The notes beneath the pieces were generated by a model. It was not told where the DNA came from and did not search any database. It saw nothing but the letters and a program-made list of their open reading frames with translations. Of a stretch of DNA of 64,000 nt, positions 47,576 to 57,032 are shown one piece after another. Position 1 is the stretch's first letter, and the number at the start of each line of letters is the position of its first letter. Origin of the DNA: an uncultured Gammaproteobacteria bacterium (lineage in GTDB: Bacteria > Pseudomonadota > Gammaproteobacteria > Pseudomonadales > Azotimanducaceae); the NCBI GenBank assembly GCA_913052265.1, contig CAJXDK010000002.1, positions 33,241 to 97,240 on the forward strand, written 5' to 3'. The position numbers and the translations under genes are program-made.

Positions 47576-48454
47576 ATGATGAGTGCATATGCGTACGTCG
47601 CGCCCACCTCAATAAGCGAGGTATTGACGTTGCTCGATGACCATGTCCGTAGCGGACGAGGTACACAGATTTTGGCGGGGGGCACCGATGTGATGGTGCA
47701 GATGCGTAGCGTTAATCGCGAGCCTCGCACTTTCATCGACATTAAGCGGCTTGAAGAAACGAACCGTTTACACGTAGGCGCTGAAGAAGTTTACATAGGC
47801 TCAGCCATTCCAAGCGCGCGCATGCAGGAGCACGCTGAGCTGAAAACGCTTTATCCAGGGTTACTGGAGGCAGCAGACTTAATTGGATCGACGCAAGTTC
47901 AGGGCCGAGCGACCATTTGCGGAAATCTGTGTAACGCGTCGCCCGCGGGAGATAGCATTCCGGCGTTGATCGCTGCGGGAGCGGTGTGTGACATCGCGAC
48001 GCCCGACGGATCACGAGAGCTCGCGGTAGAAGATTTTGTGGTGGGAGTGGGCCAGAACGCGCTAGCCGACGGTGAGTTTTTGCTGGGAGTAATGCTGCGA
48101 CGACCGCAAGCATCGACGAAAGACGCCTATTTGCGCTTTACGCCGCGCACAGAAATGGATATCGCTGTTGCCGGCGTCGGTGTTTCGGTGACCTTAGACG
48201 GGCCTAATTGCATCGCTGCAAGGGTGGCGATAGGCGCCGTGGCCACCAAGGCATTGCTGGTAGTGGATGCCGCCGAGGCGCTGATAGGTACCACCTTAGA
48301 TGATGCGGCGTTGCAGCTCGCCGGCATGGCCTGTCAGGCTGCCGCGCAGCCGATATCGGATAAACGTGGCTCCGCCGGCTATCGCAAGAAGGTGGTAGCG
48401 GTGTTGTGCCGACGAGCACTGGCGATCGCACGAGATAGGGCCTTAGGACGCTAA
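47576..48454 (+). CDS. Molybdo-hydroxylase FAD-binding medium subunit (CoxM/XdhB family)
   Basis: LAGGTDV, QVQGRATICGNLCNASPAGDS, RTEMDIAVAG, PISDKRGSA.YR. Confidence 0.88.
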   Translation: MMSAYAYVAPTSISEVLTLLDDHVRSGRGTQILAGGTDVMVQMRSVNREPRTFIDIKRLEETNRLHVGAEEVYIGSAIPSARMQEHAELKTLYPGLLEAADLIGSTQVQGRATICGNLCNASPAGDSIPALIAAGAVCDIATPDGSRELAVEDFVVGVGQNALADGEFLLGVMLRRPQASTKDAYLRFTPRTEMDIAVAGVGVSVTLDGPNCIAARVAIGAVATKALLVVDAAEALIGTTLDDAALQLAGMACQAAAQPISDKRGSAGYRKKVVAVLCRRALAIARDRALGR

Positions 48455-48455
48455 T

Positions 48456-48935
48456 ATGACGAAACTACATGTATCGACGACGATCAATAACGAGGCCCGA
48501 GAGTATCTTTGTGAACCAAATCAATCGATGTTGGACGTGCTGCGAGATGAACTTGGACTCACTGGAACCAAGGAAGGATGCGGTACCGGAGATTGCGGGG
48601 CTTGCTCTATTTTAGTTGATGATCGCCTAGTGTGTGCTTGTTTAATGCTTGGCGCAGAAGCTCAGGACGCACAGATCGAAACCATCGAAGGCGTCGCCGG
48701 TGAATCTGGCTTGCATCTTTTACAAAGCAAATTTCTAGAGCACGCAGCGCTGCAGTGCGGCATCTGTACCCCTGGTTTTATTATGGCTTCTAAGGCACTC
48801 CTAGCTAAGAACCCTAATCCGGATGAAACCACAATTCGTTATTGGCTTGCCGGCAACCTGTGCCGATGTACCGGCTACGACAAAATTGTCAGAGCCGTTC
48901 AGGATGCTGCCGCGGAACTCTCCCATCCTGCCTAG
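48456..48935 (+). CDS. Molybdo-hydroxylase 2x[2Fe-2S] small subunit (CoxS/XdhC family)
   Basis: GTKEGCGTGDCGACS, ACL, QCGICTPG, GNLCRCTGY. Confidence 0.92.
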   Translation: MTKLHVSTTINNEAREYLCEPNQSMLDVLRDELGLTGTKEGCGTGDCGACSILVDDRLVCACLMLGAEAQDAQIETIEGVAGESGLHLLQSKFLEHAALQCGICTPGFIMASKALLAKNPNPDETTIRYWLAGNLCRCTGYDKIVRAVQDAAAELSHPA

Positions 48936-48963
48936 TGCAAGTCCTTCTTGGTGATCGTTACTT

Positions 48964-49893
48964 ATGTCGAGACTGATAAATTTTGGTTCTCTTTGTGTTG
49001 ATTGGGTGTATCAGGTGCCTAATTTGGTGGCGGCGGGGGAGACGATCGCGAGCGTCGGTCGCGCCGTTCATCCCGGAGGAAAAGGTTTAAATCAATCAAT
49101 TGCAGCCGCGTTGGCCGGGGCTGAGGTAGCGCATTTTGGGGCCGTCGGGGATGACGGGGCAGCATTGATAGAGGCTCTCGTTAACGCGGGAGTCGATACT
49201 CGCGGGATACTGCAGCTTCAGGACGGGTCGGGTCATGCGGTTATTCAGGTGGACACCGATGGCCGCAACGCCATTGTGATTTATCCCGGCGCAAACCGAT
49301 CGATTCCGCAAAGCCACTGGCGTTTCATGCTTGATTCGATGGCGGTGGGCGATTGGTTATTAGTGCAAAACGAAACCAACGACGTTGGCGAGGTTTTATC
49401 GCAGGCTCGACAGCGCGGGATTAAAATTGCGGCAAACCTAGCGCCCGCAGACGACCGGATTGCCGAGTACCCGATAGAGCATGTGGCGCTTTTAATCGTT
49501 AACGAAGTCGAGGCGATGGCTTTGGCGCAACGATCGGATGTGCAATCCGCATTCGCGGAATTACGGCAACGCTACCCCCATATCGATGTTGTTTTGACCC
49601 TTGGGGGAGACGGGCTTTGGTATGCAATGGCAGATCAACCCTCAGCGTTTTATCTCGAATCGCACAAGGTCGATGCGGTGGATGAAACAGCCGCGGGAGA
49701 TGCATTTATCGGGTATCTGATGGCTGCGCTGCTGGCGCATACATCACTACCGGAGGCGCTCGTGCTGGCAAGCGCGGCTGGCGCGCTGGCCGTCACGCAG
49801 GCGGGCGCTGCCAGTTCGCTACCCGCTCGAGACGATGTGGAGGCCATGCGTCGTCGCACCCCGCTATCGTTAAAACCGCTCGAGTTCGACTAA
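48964..49893 (+). CDS. rbsK: Ribokinase (PfkB family)
   Basis: GGKGLNQS.AAA.AG, LLVQNE, IVNEVE, VDETAAGDAF.G. Confidence 0.85.
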   Translation: MSRLINFGSLCVDWVYQVPNLVAAGETIASVGRAVHPGGKGLNQSIAAALAGAEVAHFGAVGDDGAALIEALVNAGVDTRGILQLQDGSGHAVIQVDTDGRNAIVIYPGANRSIPQSHWRFMLDSMAVGDWLLVQNETNDVGEVLSQARQRGIKIAANLAPADDRIAEYPIEHVALLIVNEVEAMALAQRSDVQSAFAELRQRYPHIDVVLTLGGDGLWYAMADQPSAFYLESHKVDAVDETAAGDAFIGYLMAALLAHTSLPEALVLASAAGALAVTQAGAASSLPARDDVEAMRRRTPLSLKPLEFD

Positions 49894-49894
49894 C

Positions 49895-50560
49895 TCATTC
49901 ACTGAACGACAGCTGGGTCATGGCCGCAAGGTCATCTATGGCTTGGTGTTCCGAAACCACTTTGATAGTGCGCATCCCGAGCGCACGGGCCGGTTTTAGA
50001 TTGATGCCAAGGTCGTCTAGGAATACCGCATTTTTGGGATTAACTCCGATCCGCTCGCAGGTGCTTAGGTAGATTCTCGGGTCGGGTTTGCGGATTCCTT
50101 CCTTACTTGATTCCACGACCAAGTCAAACAGCGCCATGACTTCAGCGACCGCGTCCGCCTTGTTTTGATCTTTGGTCATGCTTGGTCCGTGACCTGCTTT
50201 TACGTTGTTGGTGATACAGGCCACTTTGAAGTGTTGCTTGCATGTTTTCAGTACGCTCACCATGCGCGGGCGTAAACTGCCGCTGAGCACGGCGACAACA
50301 TCTTTGCCGTTAATTCGGTGCCCAAGAGCGGCACTTTCGGTCGCAAATAGGGTGTCGAATTCCTCCAAGGATACGCTGTTGGATTCGAATTTGGCCCAGG
50401 CGTTGCCGGTGGGATTAGTCGCGTTGACGCTTCGAATAAAATCTGCGGGGACCCCGAGTTTTGCCTCTAACGCGTTGAAGGCGTCGAAAGGACTGCTGGT
50501 AAAGACGCCTCCGAAATCCCAGAGTATTGCCTTAATCTCACTTTCGGTCGTTTGGGACAC
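49895..50560 (-). CDS. HAD-IA family hydrolase
   Basis: ILWDFGGV, ACITNN, GIRKPDPRIY, VFLDDLG.NLKPA..LGM.TIKV. Confidence 0.87.
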   Translation of the reverse strand: MSQTTESEIKAILWDFGGVFTSSPFDAFNALEAKLGVPADFIRSVNATNPTGNAWAKFESNSVSLEEFDTLFATESAALGHRINGKDVVAVLSGSLRPRMVSVLKTCKQHFKVACITNNVKAGHGPSMTKDQNKADAVAEVMALFDLVVESSKEGIRKPDPRIYLSTCERIGVNPKNAVFLDDLGINLKPARALGMRTIKVVSEHQAIDDLAAMTQLSFSE

Positions 50561-50715
50561 TGAATTTCCTCTAATACACTAGAGCGCTGATGATAGGCAC
50601 AATTCGAATTGGAGCAATAAGTGTTTGAGAGGGCTTTCGGCTAAAATTTGTTTGTATGGCGGTCGGTGCGCTTATATCGTGTCTATGTCACAACAAAACC
50701 GTAGGAGAGAGATCG

Positions 50716-51402
50716 ATGTCGAAACAAATTTCCATCCGCTGTACGGATGATTTTGCGATGGGATGCTATCGCGCTGAGCCCGTTGACGCGGCCTCGGGAG
50801 CTATTGTGGTGATTCAGGAAATCTTTGGCGTTAATACTCATATTCGAGAGGTCGCCGATGGATATGCTGCAAGTGGTTATAGCGTCTACGCGCCTAAATT
50901 ATTTGACCGAATTCGTCCCGATATTGAACTGGGGTATAGCGAGTCCGATATGGCGCAGGGTATTGACTTAGCATTCAATAAGCTCGATCTGGCACAAGTC
51001 ATAAATGATGTGCAGGCCACTGTCGATCGCATCATTGCGGACGGGGAGCAGAAGATCGGATTGGTTGGATTTTGCTTTGGTGGTCTGGTTTCCTGGTTGA
51101 GCGCTGCCCAAGTAAGCGGGCTCTCAGCCGTTGTCGGTTACTATGGAGGCGGCATTGCAGGTCAGTTGGATCAGTCTCCGCGCTGTGCCGCAATGTTGCA
51201 CTTTGGTGAGCTTGACGCGCATATCCCATTAACCGACGTCGATAAAATTAAGCAAGCCAACCCTGAGTTGCCGGTGCATGTTTATGCCGCTGATCATGGT
51301 TTTAACTGCGATCATCGCGGCAGTTATGATGCCAATGCCGCGGAATTGGCACGGTCGCGAAGCTTGGAATTTTTTGCTCGACAACTCCGTGACGCTGGTT
51401 GA
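50716..51402 (+). CDS. Dienelactone hydrolase family protein
   Basis: VIQEIFGVN.HIR, GFCFGG nucleophile motif, HFGELD, Y.ADHGFNCD. AGGAG RBS before ATG 50716. Confidence 0.92.
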   Translation: MSKQISIRCTDDFAMGCYRAEPVDAASGAIVVIQEIFGVNTHIREVADGYAASGYSVYAPKLFDRIRPDIELGYSESDMAQGIDLAFNKLDLAQVINDVQATVDRIIADGEQKIGLVGFCFGGLVSWLSAAQVSGLSAVVGYYGGGIAGQLDQSPRCAAMLHFGELDAHIPLTDVDKIKQANPELPVHVYAADHGFNCDHRGSYDANAAELARSRSLEFFARQLRDAG

Positions 51403-51504
51403 GTTGCCAATTTTGAGGCGCGTGGCGCAGGGTCAGAGAAGCGGCTCGGGGCACGAGCTCAGAGTCACTCGAAAGGAGCTACTAGAATAGCAAAGTGTGC
51501 ACTA

Positions 51505-51533
51505 TTGACATCCAATGGGCGTTTGTTGATGCT
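51505..51533 (+). promoter_or_regulatory. Putative sigma70 promoter upstream of the TonB2-type operon
   Basis: Perfect TTGACA, 17-nt spacer, GATGCT. Confidence 0.5.
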
Positions 51534-51780
51534 TCGGCCTGCGATCGGCGGTGGGGGGCAGCCAGCGTTGAGGAATAGCGGCTCGCAGAGCGACGCGCCG
51601 TTAAGGAGAGAGAGTCCCCAGACAGTCTTTACTCGGCAGTCTTCACTGCAGGGTAGGGTTGCTAAAAACTATTTGCACGGTTGGCTAGTAGGTTGAAAGA
51701 AATACTTTCGATTTAGGGTTGATGCGACCTAACACAAGCTGGCTTTGCAAATTCCATAGATTTTCCAGTAGGAAGTTGTA

Positions 51781-52557
51781 ATGAAAAAACATATACGAAG
51801 GCTATCGATTATGGTTTTGGCTGCGGCCTCAACTATTTTGGGCGCCTCAGTTTATGCAACCACGCTGAATGATATTTTTCAGGTTGCAGAACGTATGAAT
51901 GTAAACGCGAAAAAATCACAGGCAAAAATCGATGCTCTCAATGAGGACACTCGAAAGCTGCTGAGCGATTACAAGATTGTCTTGAAGGAGATCGAAGGCC
52001 TTAGGGTTTACAACCGTCAGCTGGAAAAGCAGATCGCTAACCAAGAACGTGAAATGGCGCAACTTTCATCGTCTATCGATGAAGTAACCGTTATCGAGCG
52101 GCAGATCACGCCGCTGATGTTGCGCATGATCGATGGCATAGAGCAGTTTGTAGAACTCGACGTGCCGTTTTTGCTCGATGAGCGTCGAGCTCGGATTGAA
52201 CGTCTGCGCGAGATTATGGACCGTGCCGATGTCGCTGTGTCTGAGAAATTCTCTCAAGTGTTGCGAGCGTTCCAAATCGAAAACGAATATGGCCGGACCA
52301 TGGAGACCTATGGCACAACGATCATGCTGGATGGTGTTGAGCGACAGGTCGATATGCTCAAAGTTGGTCGTATAGCACTCGTGTATCAAACCCCAGACGG
52401 AGAGGAAACCGGTATGTGGAACGTTGACGCGGGTCGATACCAAGCGGTTGACGACAGCTACGAAGGCTCGGTTCGACAAGGCATTCGCATGGCACGACAA
52501 CAGGCATCTATCGATATGTTGAGCCTTCCGATTAGCGGCGCGGAGGCAGCACAATGA
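51781..52557 (+). CDS. DUF3450 family periplasmic protein (TtpB-like)
   Basis: Signal peptide, long coiled coil, PF...ER..R, SEKF.QVL.A.QIE.EYGR, LK.GR.AL.YQT.DG. Confidence 0.85.
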   Translation: MKKHIRRLSIMVLAAASTILGASVYATTLNDIFQVAERMNVNAKKSQAKIDALNEDTRKLLSDYKIVLKEIEGLRVYNRQLEKQIANQEREMAQLSSSIDEVTVIERQITPLMLRMIDGIEQFVELDVPFLLDERRARIERLREIMDRADVAVSEKFSQVLRAFQIENEYGRTMETYGTTIMLDGVERQVDMLKVGRIALVYQTPDGEETGMWNVDAGRYQAVDDSYEGSVRQGIRMARQQASIDMLSLPISGAEAAQ

Positions 52558-53999
52558 GAACTATGCTAATGAAATATAAGATCGCGCTGGTCGCACTACT
52601 CACCCTGTTCGCGCAGCCCTTGGTTGCTGAAGAAGCAGCCCCTGCTGCAGGTGACCTTGAAGTAGTAAAGGCTAGCAGTCTCGATGAGTTGCTGGACAAT
52701 GTAGAACAGCGTCGTGTGGTGGAGTCGAGGGAACATACAGCACGTGAGCGCAGGTTTGCCGCTGAGAAGGCTAACCAGGCAAAAATGCTGCAGGACGCAA
52801 AAGATGAGCGCAGAAGAGAACAGCGGCGCTCGGATCGTCTAGAAACGACATTTGAAGAAAACGAAATTCGCATTGGGGACCTGCAAGAGCAATTAGACAA
52901 GCGCCTTGGCAGCCTGCGAGAGTTATTTGGCGTACTGCAACAGGTCGCCGGAGACACGCGAGGCCTATTCGAGGGGTCATTAATCTCCAGCCAATATCCG
53001 AATCGCGGCGAGTTCCTTGGTGACCTTGCTAAAAAGATGGGTACTTCGAGTCAGTTGGCCAGCATCGATGAGATGGAGTCACTTTGGTTCGAACTGCAAC
53101 GGGAGATGACGGAGTCTGGAAAGATATCGCGCTATCCTGGAACCATTACGCGATTGTCCGGAGACAAGGACAACACCGATATTGTTCGAGTTGGATCTTT
53201 TGCCCTTTTGGGTGGAGGAGAGTACTTGCAGTGGAATGTGGATACACAGACGATCACCGAAATTGCCCGTCAACCTTCGGGTCGACACACGAGTACCGCG
53301 GCTGATCTGCAAAACGCTCAACCGGGCGAGATCGTCGAATTTTCGGTGGATCCAACGCGAGGCTCACTGCTGGCGCTGCTTATTCAGGCGGCAACGCTGG
53401 GAGAGCGTGTAGGCTCGATCACTTCCGGTTTTACGGATGGCCAAGGCGGAATCATTGGTGCCATCATTATCTGGGTTGGTATCATTGCCCTGCTAGTTGC
53501 CCTCGAAAGAGTATTCACGTTGTTTACGACGACGAAAAAGGTCAACGCACAGCGAGGCTCGTCTAGTCCTAGCCGAGATAACCCACTTGGACGAGTTCTT
53601 AGCGTATACGAAGAGAATAAAGACGTAGACGTCGAGACATTAGAACTCAAGATGGGCGAAGCGATATTGGGCGAAACCCCGGAATTAACCAAGCGCATAT
53701 CATTTATTCAGGTGATATCCGTTGTTGCCCCGCTTGCTGGATTACTCGGGACAGTAATAGGCATGATCGAGACATTCCAAGCGATCACACTGTTCGGTAC
53801 AGGTGATCCAAAAACCATGGCAGGCGGTATATCTACTGCGTTGATGACCACGGTGCTCGGGATTACTGTAGCCATACCTACTACGCTGCTTCACCAATTC
53901 GTGCAGGGCTTATCGAAGGATGTGTTACACATAATCGAGGAACAGAGTGCGGGGCTTATCGCTGAGCATGCTGAAAAGTCTGGCAACCCAATCGGGTAG
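52554..53999 (+). CDS. Large MotA/TolQ/ExbB family protein (TtpC-like)
   Basis: Signal peptide, periplasmic coiled coil, VRVGSF, DPTRG.LL. C-terminal PLAGLLGTVIGMI..F, GGIS.ALMTT.LG. Confidence 0.87.
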   Translation: MRTMLMKYKIALVALLTLFAQPLVAEEAAPAAGDLEVVKASSLDELLDNVEQRRVVESREHTARERRFAAEKANQAKMLQDAKDERRREQRRSDRLETTFEENEIRIGDLQEQLDKRLGSLRELFGVLQQVAGDTRGLFEGSLISSQYPNRGEFLGDLAKKMGTSSQLASIDEMESLWFELQREMTESGKISRYPGTITRLSGDKDNTDIVRVGSFALLGGGEYLQWNVDTQTITEIARQPSGRHTSTAADLQNAQPGEIVEFSVDPTRGSLLALLIQAATLGERVGSITSGFTDGQGGIIGAIIIWVGIIALLVALERVFTLFTTTKKVNAQRGSSSPSRDNPLGRVLSVYEENKDVDVETLELKMGEAILGETPELTKRISFIQVISVVAPLAGLLGTVIGMIETFQAITLFGTGDPKTMAGGISTALMTTVLGITVAIPTTLLHQFVQGLSKDVLHIIEEQSAGLIAEHAEKSGNPIG

Positions 54000-54020
54000 C
54001 TAAGGTAGGAGGCCGTAACA

Positions 54021-54539
54021 ATGTTTACTGAGGCTTACCTCGACATCATTCGCTACATGGAAATGGGTGGCAACGTCCTGTGGTACATCGCTGCACTCGT
54101 TTGTTTTATGTGGACGCTGATTTTCGAACGCATATGGTATTTCCAAGTCGAACATAAGAACTTGCTTTTTGAGGCGACGTCAAAGTGGGAAGGTCGATCA
54201 GAACGAAGCTCTTGGAGTGCGCATCAGGTGCGAGACGGTATTGTCTCGGAGGGCGCCGGCAAGATCGCTGGCAGCCTTTCGATGATAGAAACCTGCGTGG
54301 CGCTTTGCCCATTGTTTGGCTTGCTGGGAACTGTAACCGGGATGATTGAGGTGTTTAACGCAATGGCGGTTCAGGGCGGTAATGCCAGATCTATGGCTGC
54401 TGGGGTCTCCATGGCAACAATACCGACCATGTCGGGCATGATCGCGGCACTGTCAGGAATGGTTGGGACCACCTACTTGAAGCGAAAAGTCGAGGGCGAA
54501 ACTCGACGGCTAGAAGCCAGTTTATTGCTCGACCACTAG
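54021..54539 (+). CDS. exbB: Small MotA/TolQ/ExbB protein (ExbB2-like)
   Basis: GG.VLW, LIFER.WY, CPLFGLLGTVTGMI.VF, MAAGVSMATIPTMSGM. Confidence 0.87.
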   Translation: MFTEAYLDIIRYMEMGGNVLWYIAALVCFMWTLIFERIWYFQVEHKNLLFEATSKWEGRSERSSWSAHQVRDGIVSEGAGKIAGSLSMIETCVALCPLFGLLGTVTGMIEVFNAMAVQGGNARSMAAGVSMATIPTMSGMIAALSGMVGTTYLKRKVEGETRRLEASLLLDH

Positions 54540-54587
54540 ATAATGGTATCGATGAACCGGTAGCACAAAACTCAGAGGATTTACGAT

Positions 54588-55004
54588 ATGGCCAGACGTG
54601 GGCGCGGGGGCGCTGTTGCAACTAACGATGACGTCAACATCAATGATTCTTTAACGCCGATGCTCGACGTCGTGTTTATTATGTTGATCTTTTTCATCGT
54701 TACGGCGACCTTTATCAAACAAGCGGGCATTGAAGTTCTGCGACCAGATGCAATGACAGCAGAGCAAAAGCCTACAGTCGCAATTTTGATCGCCGTTGGT
54801 CCGACGGGTGAAATCTGGATAGATAAAAAGCGTGTTGATCCGACCTCGGTCCGCGCGCACATTGAACGCTTACACTCAGAAAACCCAAAAGGTGGATTGG
54901 TGGTGCAGGCGGACCGAAAGTCAACGAATGAGAAGTTAATGGCAGTGCTGAACGCTGCGCGTGCGGCGGGCATGCGCGAAGTCGCCATTTCGACCGAGAA
55001 ATAA
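54588..55004 (+). CDS. exbD: ExbD/TolR family protein
   Basis: LTPMLDVVFIMLIFFIVTATF, VVQADRKS. Confidence 0.9.
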   Translation: MARRGRGGAVATNDDVNINDSLTPMLDVVFIMLIFFIVTATFIKQAGIEVLRPDAMTAEQKPTVAILIAVGPTGEIWIDKKRVDPTSVRAHIERLHSENPKGGLVVQADRKSTNEKLMAVLNAARAAGMREVAISTEK

Positions 55005-55016
55005 ACGAGAAAAATA

Positions 55017-55616
55017 ATGGCCACACGCTACTTTGCCAGCTTCGGTTTAGGACTCGTCATAACGTTCGTTTTGTTCTTTTTGATGCAAGCGGTAATTGCT
55101 ACCGACGAAGCCAGATTGGACGAGGGCGCCAAGGGTAAACTGCTGGATTTTGTTCGTCTTGAAGAAGATCAAGAGTTGCAGACTAAACAACGTAAACCTA
55201 AGCCGCCGCCACCGCCGGACGAACCGCCACCGGACATGCCGAAGCCCGACTTTGAGTCATCGGATATTTCCCAAGGTGTTGATGTCGGCGCTGTTGACGT
55301 AGATGTTAATTTGAACGTGGAAGGCGGCGGATTTAGTTCTGACGGTGAGTATCTGCCGATTGTAAAGGTAAATCCGCAATATCCGCGCCGCGCGCAAACG
55401 CGCGGGATCGAGGGCTATGTACTGCTTGAGTATATTGTCACCAAGACCGGCGCGGTTCGCGACCCAGTTGTCATCGAAGCCAAACCACCTGGGATATTTA
55501 ACCGTGCCGCGATAAACGCTGCGTTAAAGTACAAGTACAAGCCGAAGGTGGTTAACGGAGAGCCTATAGACGTTGCGGGTGTAAAAACTCGCATCACGTT
55601 CGAGATGGCCGACTAA
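55017..55616 (+). CDS. tonB: Energy transducer TonB (short form)
   Basis: N-terminal TM, Pro-rich KPKPPPPPDEPPP, PQYPRRA..RGIEGYV, KYKYKP. Confidence 0.92.
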   Translation: MATRYFASFGLGLVITFVLFFLMQAVIATDEARLDEGAKGKLLDFVRLEEDQELQTKQRKPKPPPPPDEPPPDMPKPDFESSDISQGVDVGAVDVDVNLNVEGGGFSSDGEYLPIVKVNPQYPRRAQTRGIEGYVLLEYIVTKTGAVRDPVVIEAKPPGIFNRAAINAALKYKYKPKVVNGEPIDVAGVKTRITFEMAD

Positions 55617-55628
55617 TTAGGAGGAACA

Positions 55629-56969
55629 GTGGGTATAAGTGCGATGAAACGCTTAAACATTGGCTTGTTAGCGCTATTGTTCGCTATCTTGGCGCCGATC
55701 GGCCAAGACGCCTCGTTGGGCTTTGCGCAGGCGGCCGCTGAAGAAGCGCCCAAGAAAAAACAAAAGACGCGCCGAGTACCGTCGCTTAGTGAGTCCGTAT
55801 ACAAGAAGTTAGGCGAAGGGCAGGAAGCGATTGACGCTAAAGAATATGACGTTGCTTTAGAACTCATTCAAGCCGCTCTGAATCGCTCGCGCCGATACAA
55901 CGAGAATGAAATTGCCAACCTGCATAATATGTTGGGGTATATCTACTACCTCAAAGACGATTACGATGGTGCGCTGCGCGAGTACAAGATTGTCGTCGAA
56001 CAGGGCGAAAAGATTCCTGAAGGATTAGAGGTAACGACCCTCTACACGGTGGCGCAACTCAGTTATGTTCAAGAGAACTATGAGGATGCTCTGTATTACA
56101 TGGAAGTCTGGATAACCAAGGCCACTAATCCTTCGGCCGCACCACGATTTTTCATGGCGACGGTTTATTATCAAATGAAGGACTACGATAAAGCCGTTGA
56201 GCAAATGGAGCTTGGGGTCAGCATTGCGCAGGAGCGAGGCACTGATATTACCGAGCAGAATTGGAGTTTGCTGACCTTCCTTTACTTCGAGAAGGAAGAC
56301 TGGCCTAACGTCATTAGAGTGCTGAAGGTTTTAGTCGAGGAATTCCCCAAGCGAGAGCACTGGGTGCGTCTGGCCGGTGTTTATGGTCAGGAAGGTTACG
56401 AAAAAGAACAACTTTATACGCTGGAAGCCGCATACACGGCAGATTTGCTAGAGAAGCAAACGGATTTCACCAATCTTGCAGGGCTGCTGATGCAGGAAGA
56501 AGTGCCAATACGCGCGGCGAAGGTTTTGGAGGACGGGCTAAACCGCAAAGCTGTCGAACGCGACGCTAAAAATTTGCAGTCCCTCGGGCAGGCCTGGCAA
56601 TTGGCTCAGGAAGTTGATAAAGCGATTACGGTCTTTGAGGAAGCGGCTGAATTGGCCGATGATGGAAAAATTTATGAGCGTTTGTCCTATCTTTATCTGG
56701 AGTCGGATCAGTACGATAAATGCGTAGACTCTGCTACGGGCGCTATAGACAAAGGCGGGCTGCGCAAGACTCAGAGCGTCTATGTGGTCAAGGGTATGTG
56801 CCTGTTCAACCAAAACAAGCTGAATACCGCACGCACAGCGTTTGTTTCGTGTCGCCGAGTGGCGCGCAATGATAAGGATAAAGTCAACCAGCGTATTTGT
56901 GGGCAATGGATTACCTATATCGATCGCGAAAGCAAACGCCAAGCTCAGTTGGCAGCATCCTCTGGTTAA
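55629..56969 (+). CDS. Exported TPR-repeat protein (TtpD-like)
   Basis: Signal peptide, tandem helical TPR-like repeats, last gene of the TonB2-type operon. Confidence 0.78.
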   Translation: MGISAMKRLNIGLLALLFAILAPIGQDASLGFAQAAAEEAPKKKQKTRRVPSLSESVYKKLGEGQEAIDAKEYDVALELIQAALNRSRRYNENEIANLHNMLGYIYYLKDDYDGALREYKIVVEQGEKIPEGLEVTTLYTVAQLSYVQENYEDALYYMEVWITKATNPSAAPRFFMATVYYQMKDYDKAVEQMELGVSIAQERGTDITEQNWSLLTFLYFEKEDWPNVIRVLKVLVEEFPKREHWVRLAGVYGQEGYEKEQLYTLEAAYTADLLEKQTDFTNLAGLLMQEEVPIRAAKVLEDGLNRKAVERDAKNLQSLGQAWQLAQEVDKAITVFEEAAELADDGKIYERLSYLYLESDQYDKCVDSATGAIDKGGLRKTQSVYVVKGMCLFNQNKLNTARTAFVSCRRVARNDKDKVNQRICGQWITYIDRESKRQAQLAASSG

Positions 56970-56986
56970 CTTAGGCTTGCTCAAGC

Positions 56987-57021
56987 AAAATAAAGCCGGT
57001 CTCAGACCGGCTTTTTTATTT
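56987..57021 (+). terminator. Intrinsic terminator, probably bidirectional
   Basis: AAAATAAAGCCGGTC-TCA-GACCGGCTTTTTTATTT: 10-bp stem flanked by A- and T-tracts. Confidence 0.9.
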
Positions 57022-57032
57022 ATGGAGTTGTG

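Noticed and set aside
51604-51630. GAGAGAGAGTCC...CCAGACAGTC resembling RNase P RNA fragments
   Set aside because: The order is wrong and the GAGGAAAGTCC core and downstream conserved helices are absent.
51505-51696. 63-aa ORF upstream of the TonB operon
   Set aside because: Its start codon is the TTG of the -35 box, and it has no RBS or recognisable features.
55188-55245. Low-complexity CCG/CCA-rich repeat
   Set aside because: It encodes the normal Pro-rich spacer of TonB.
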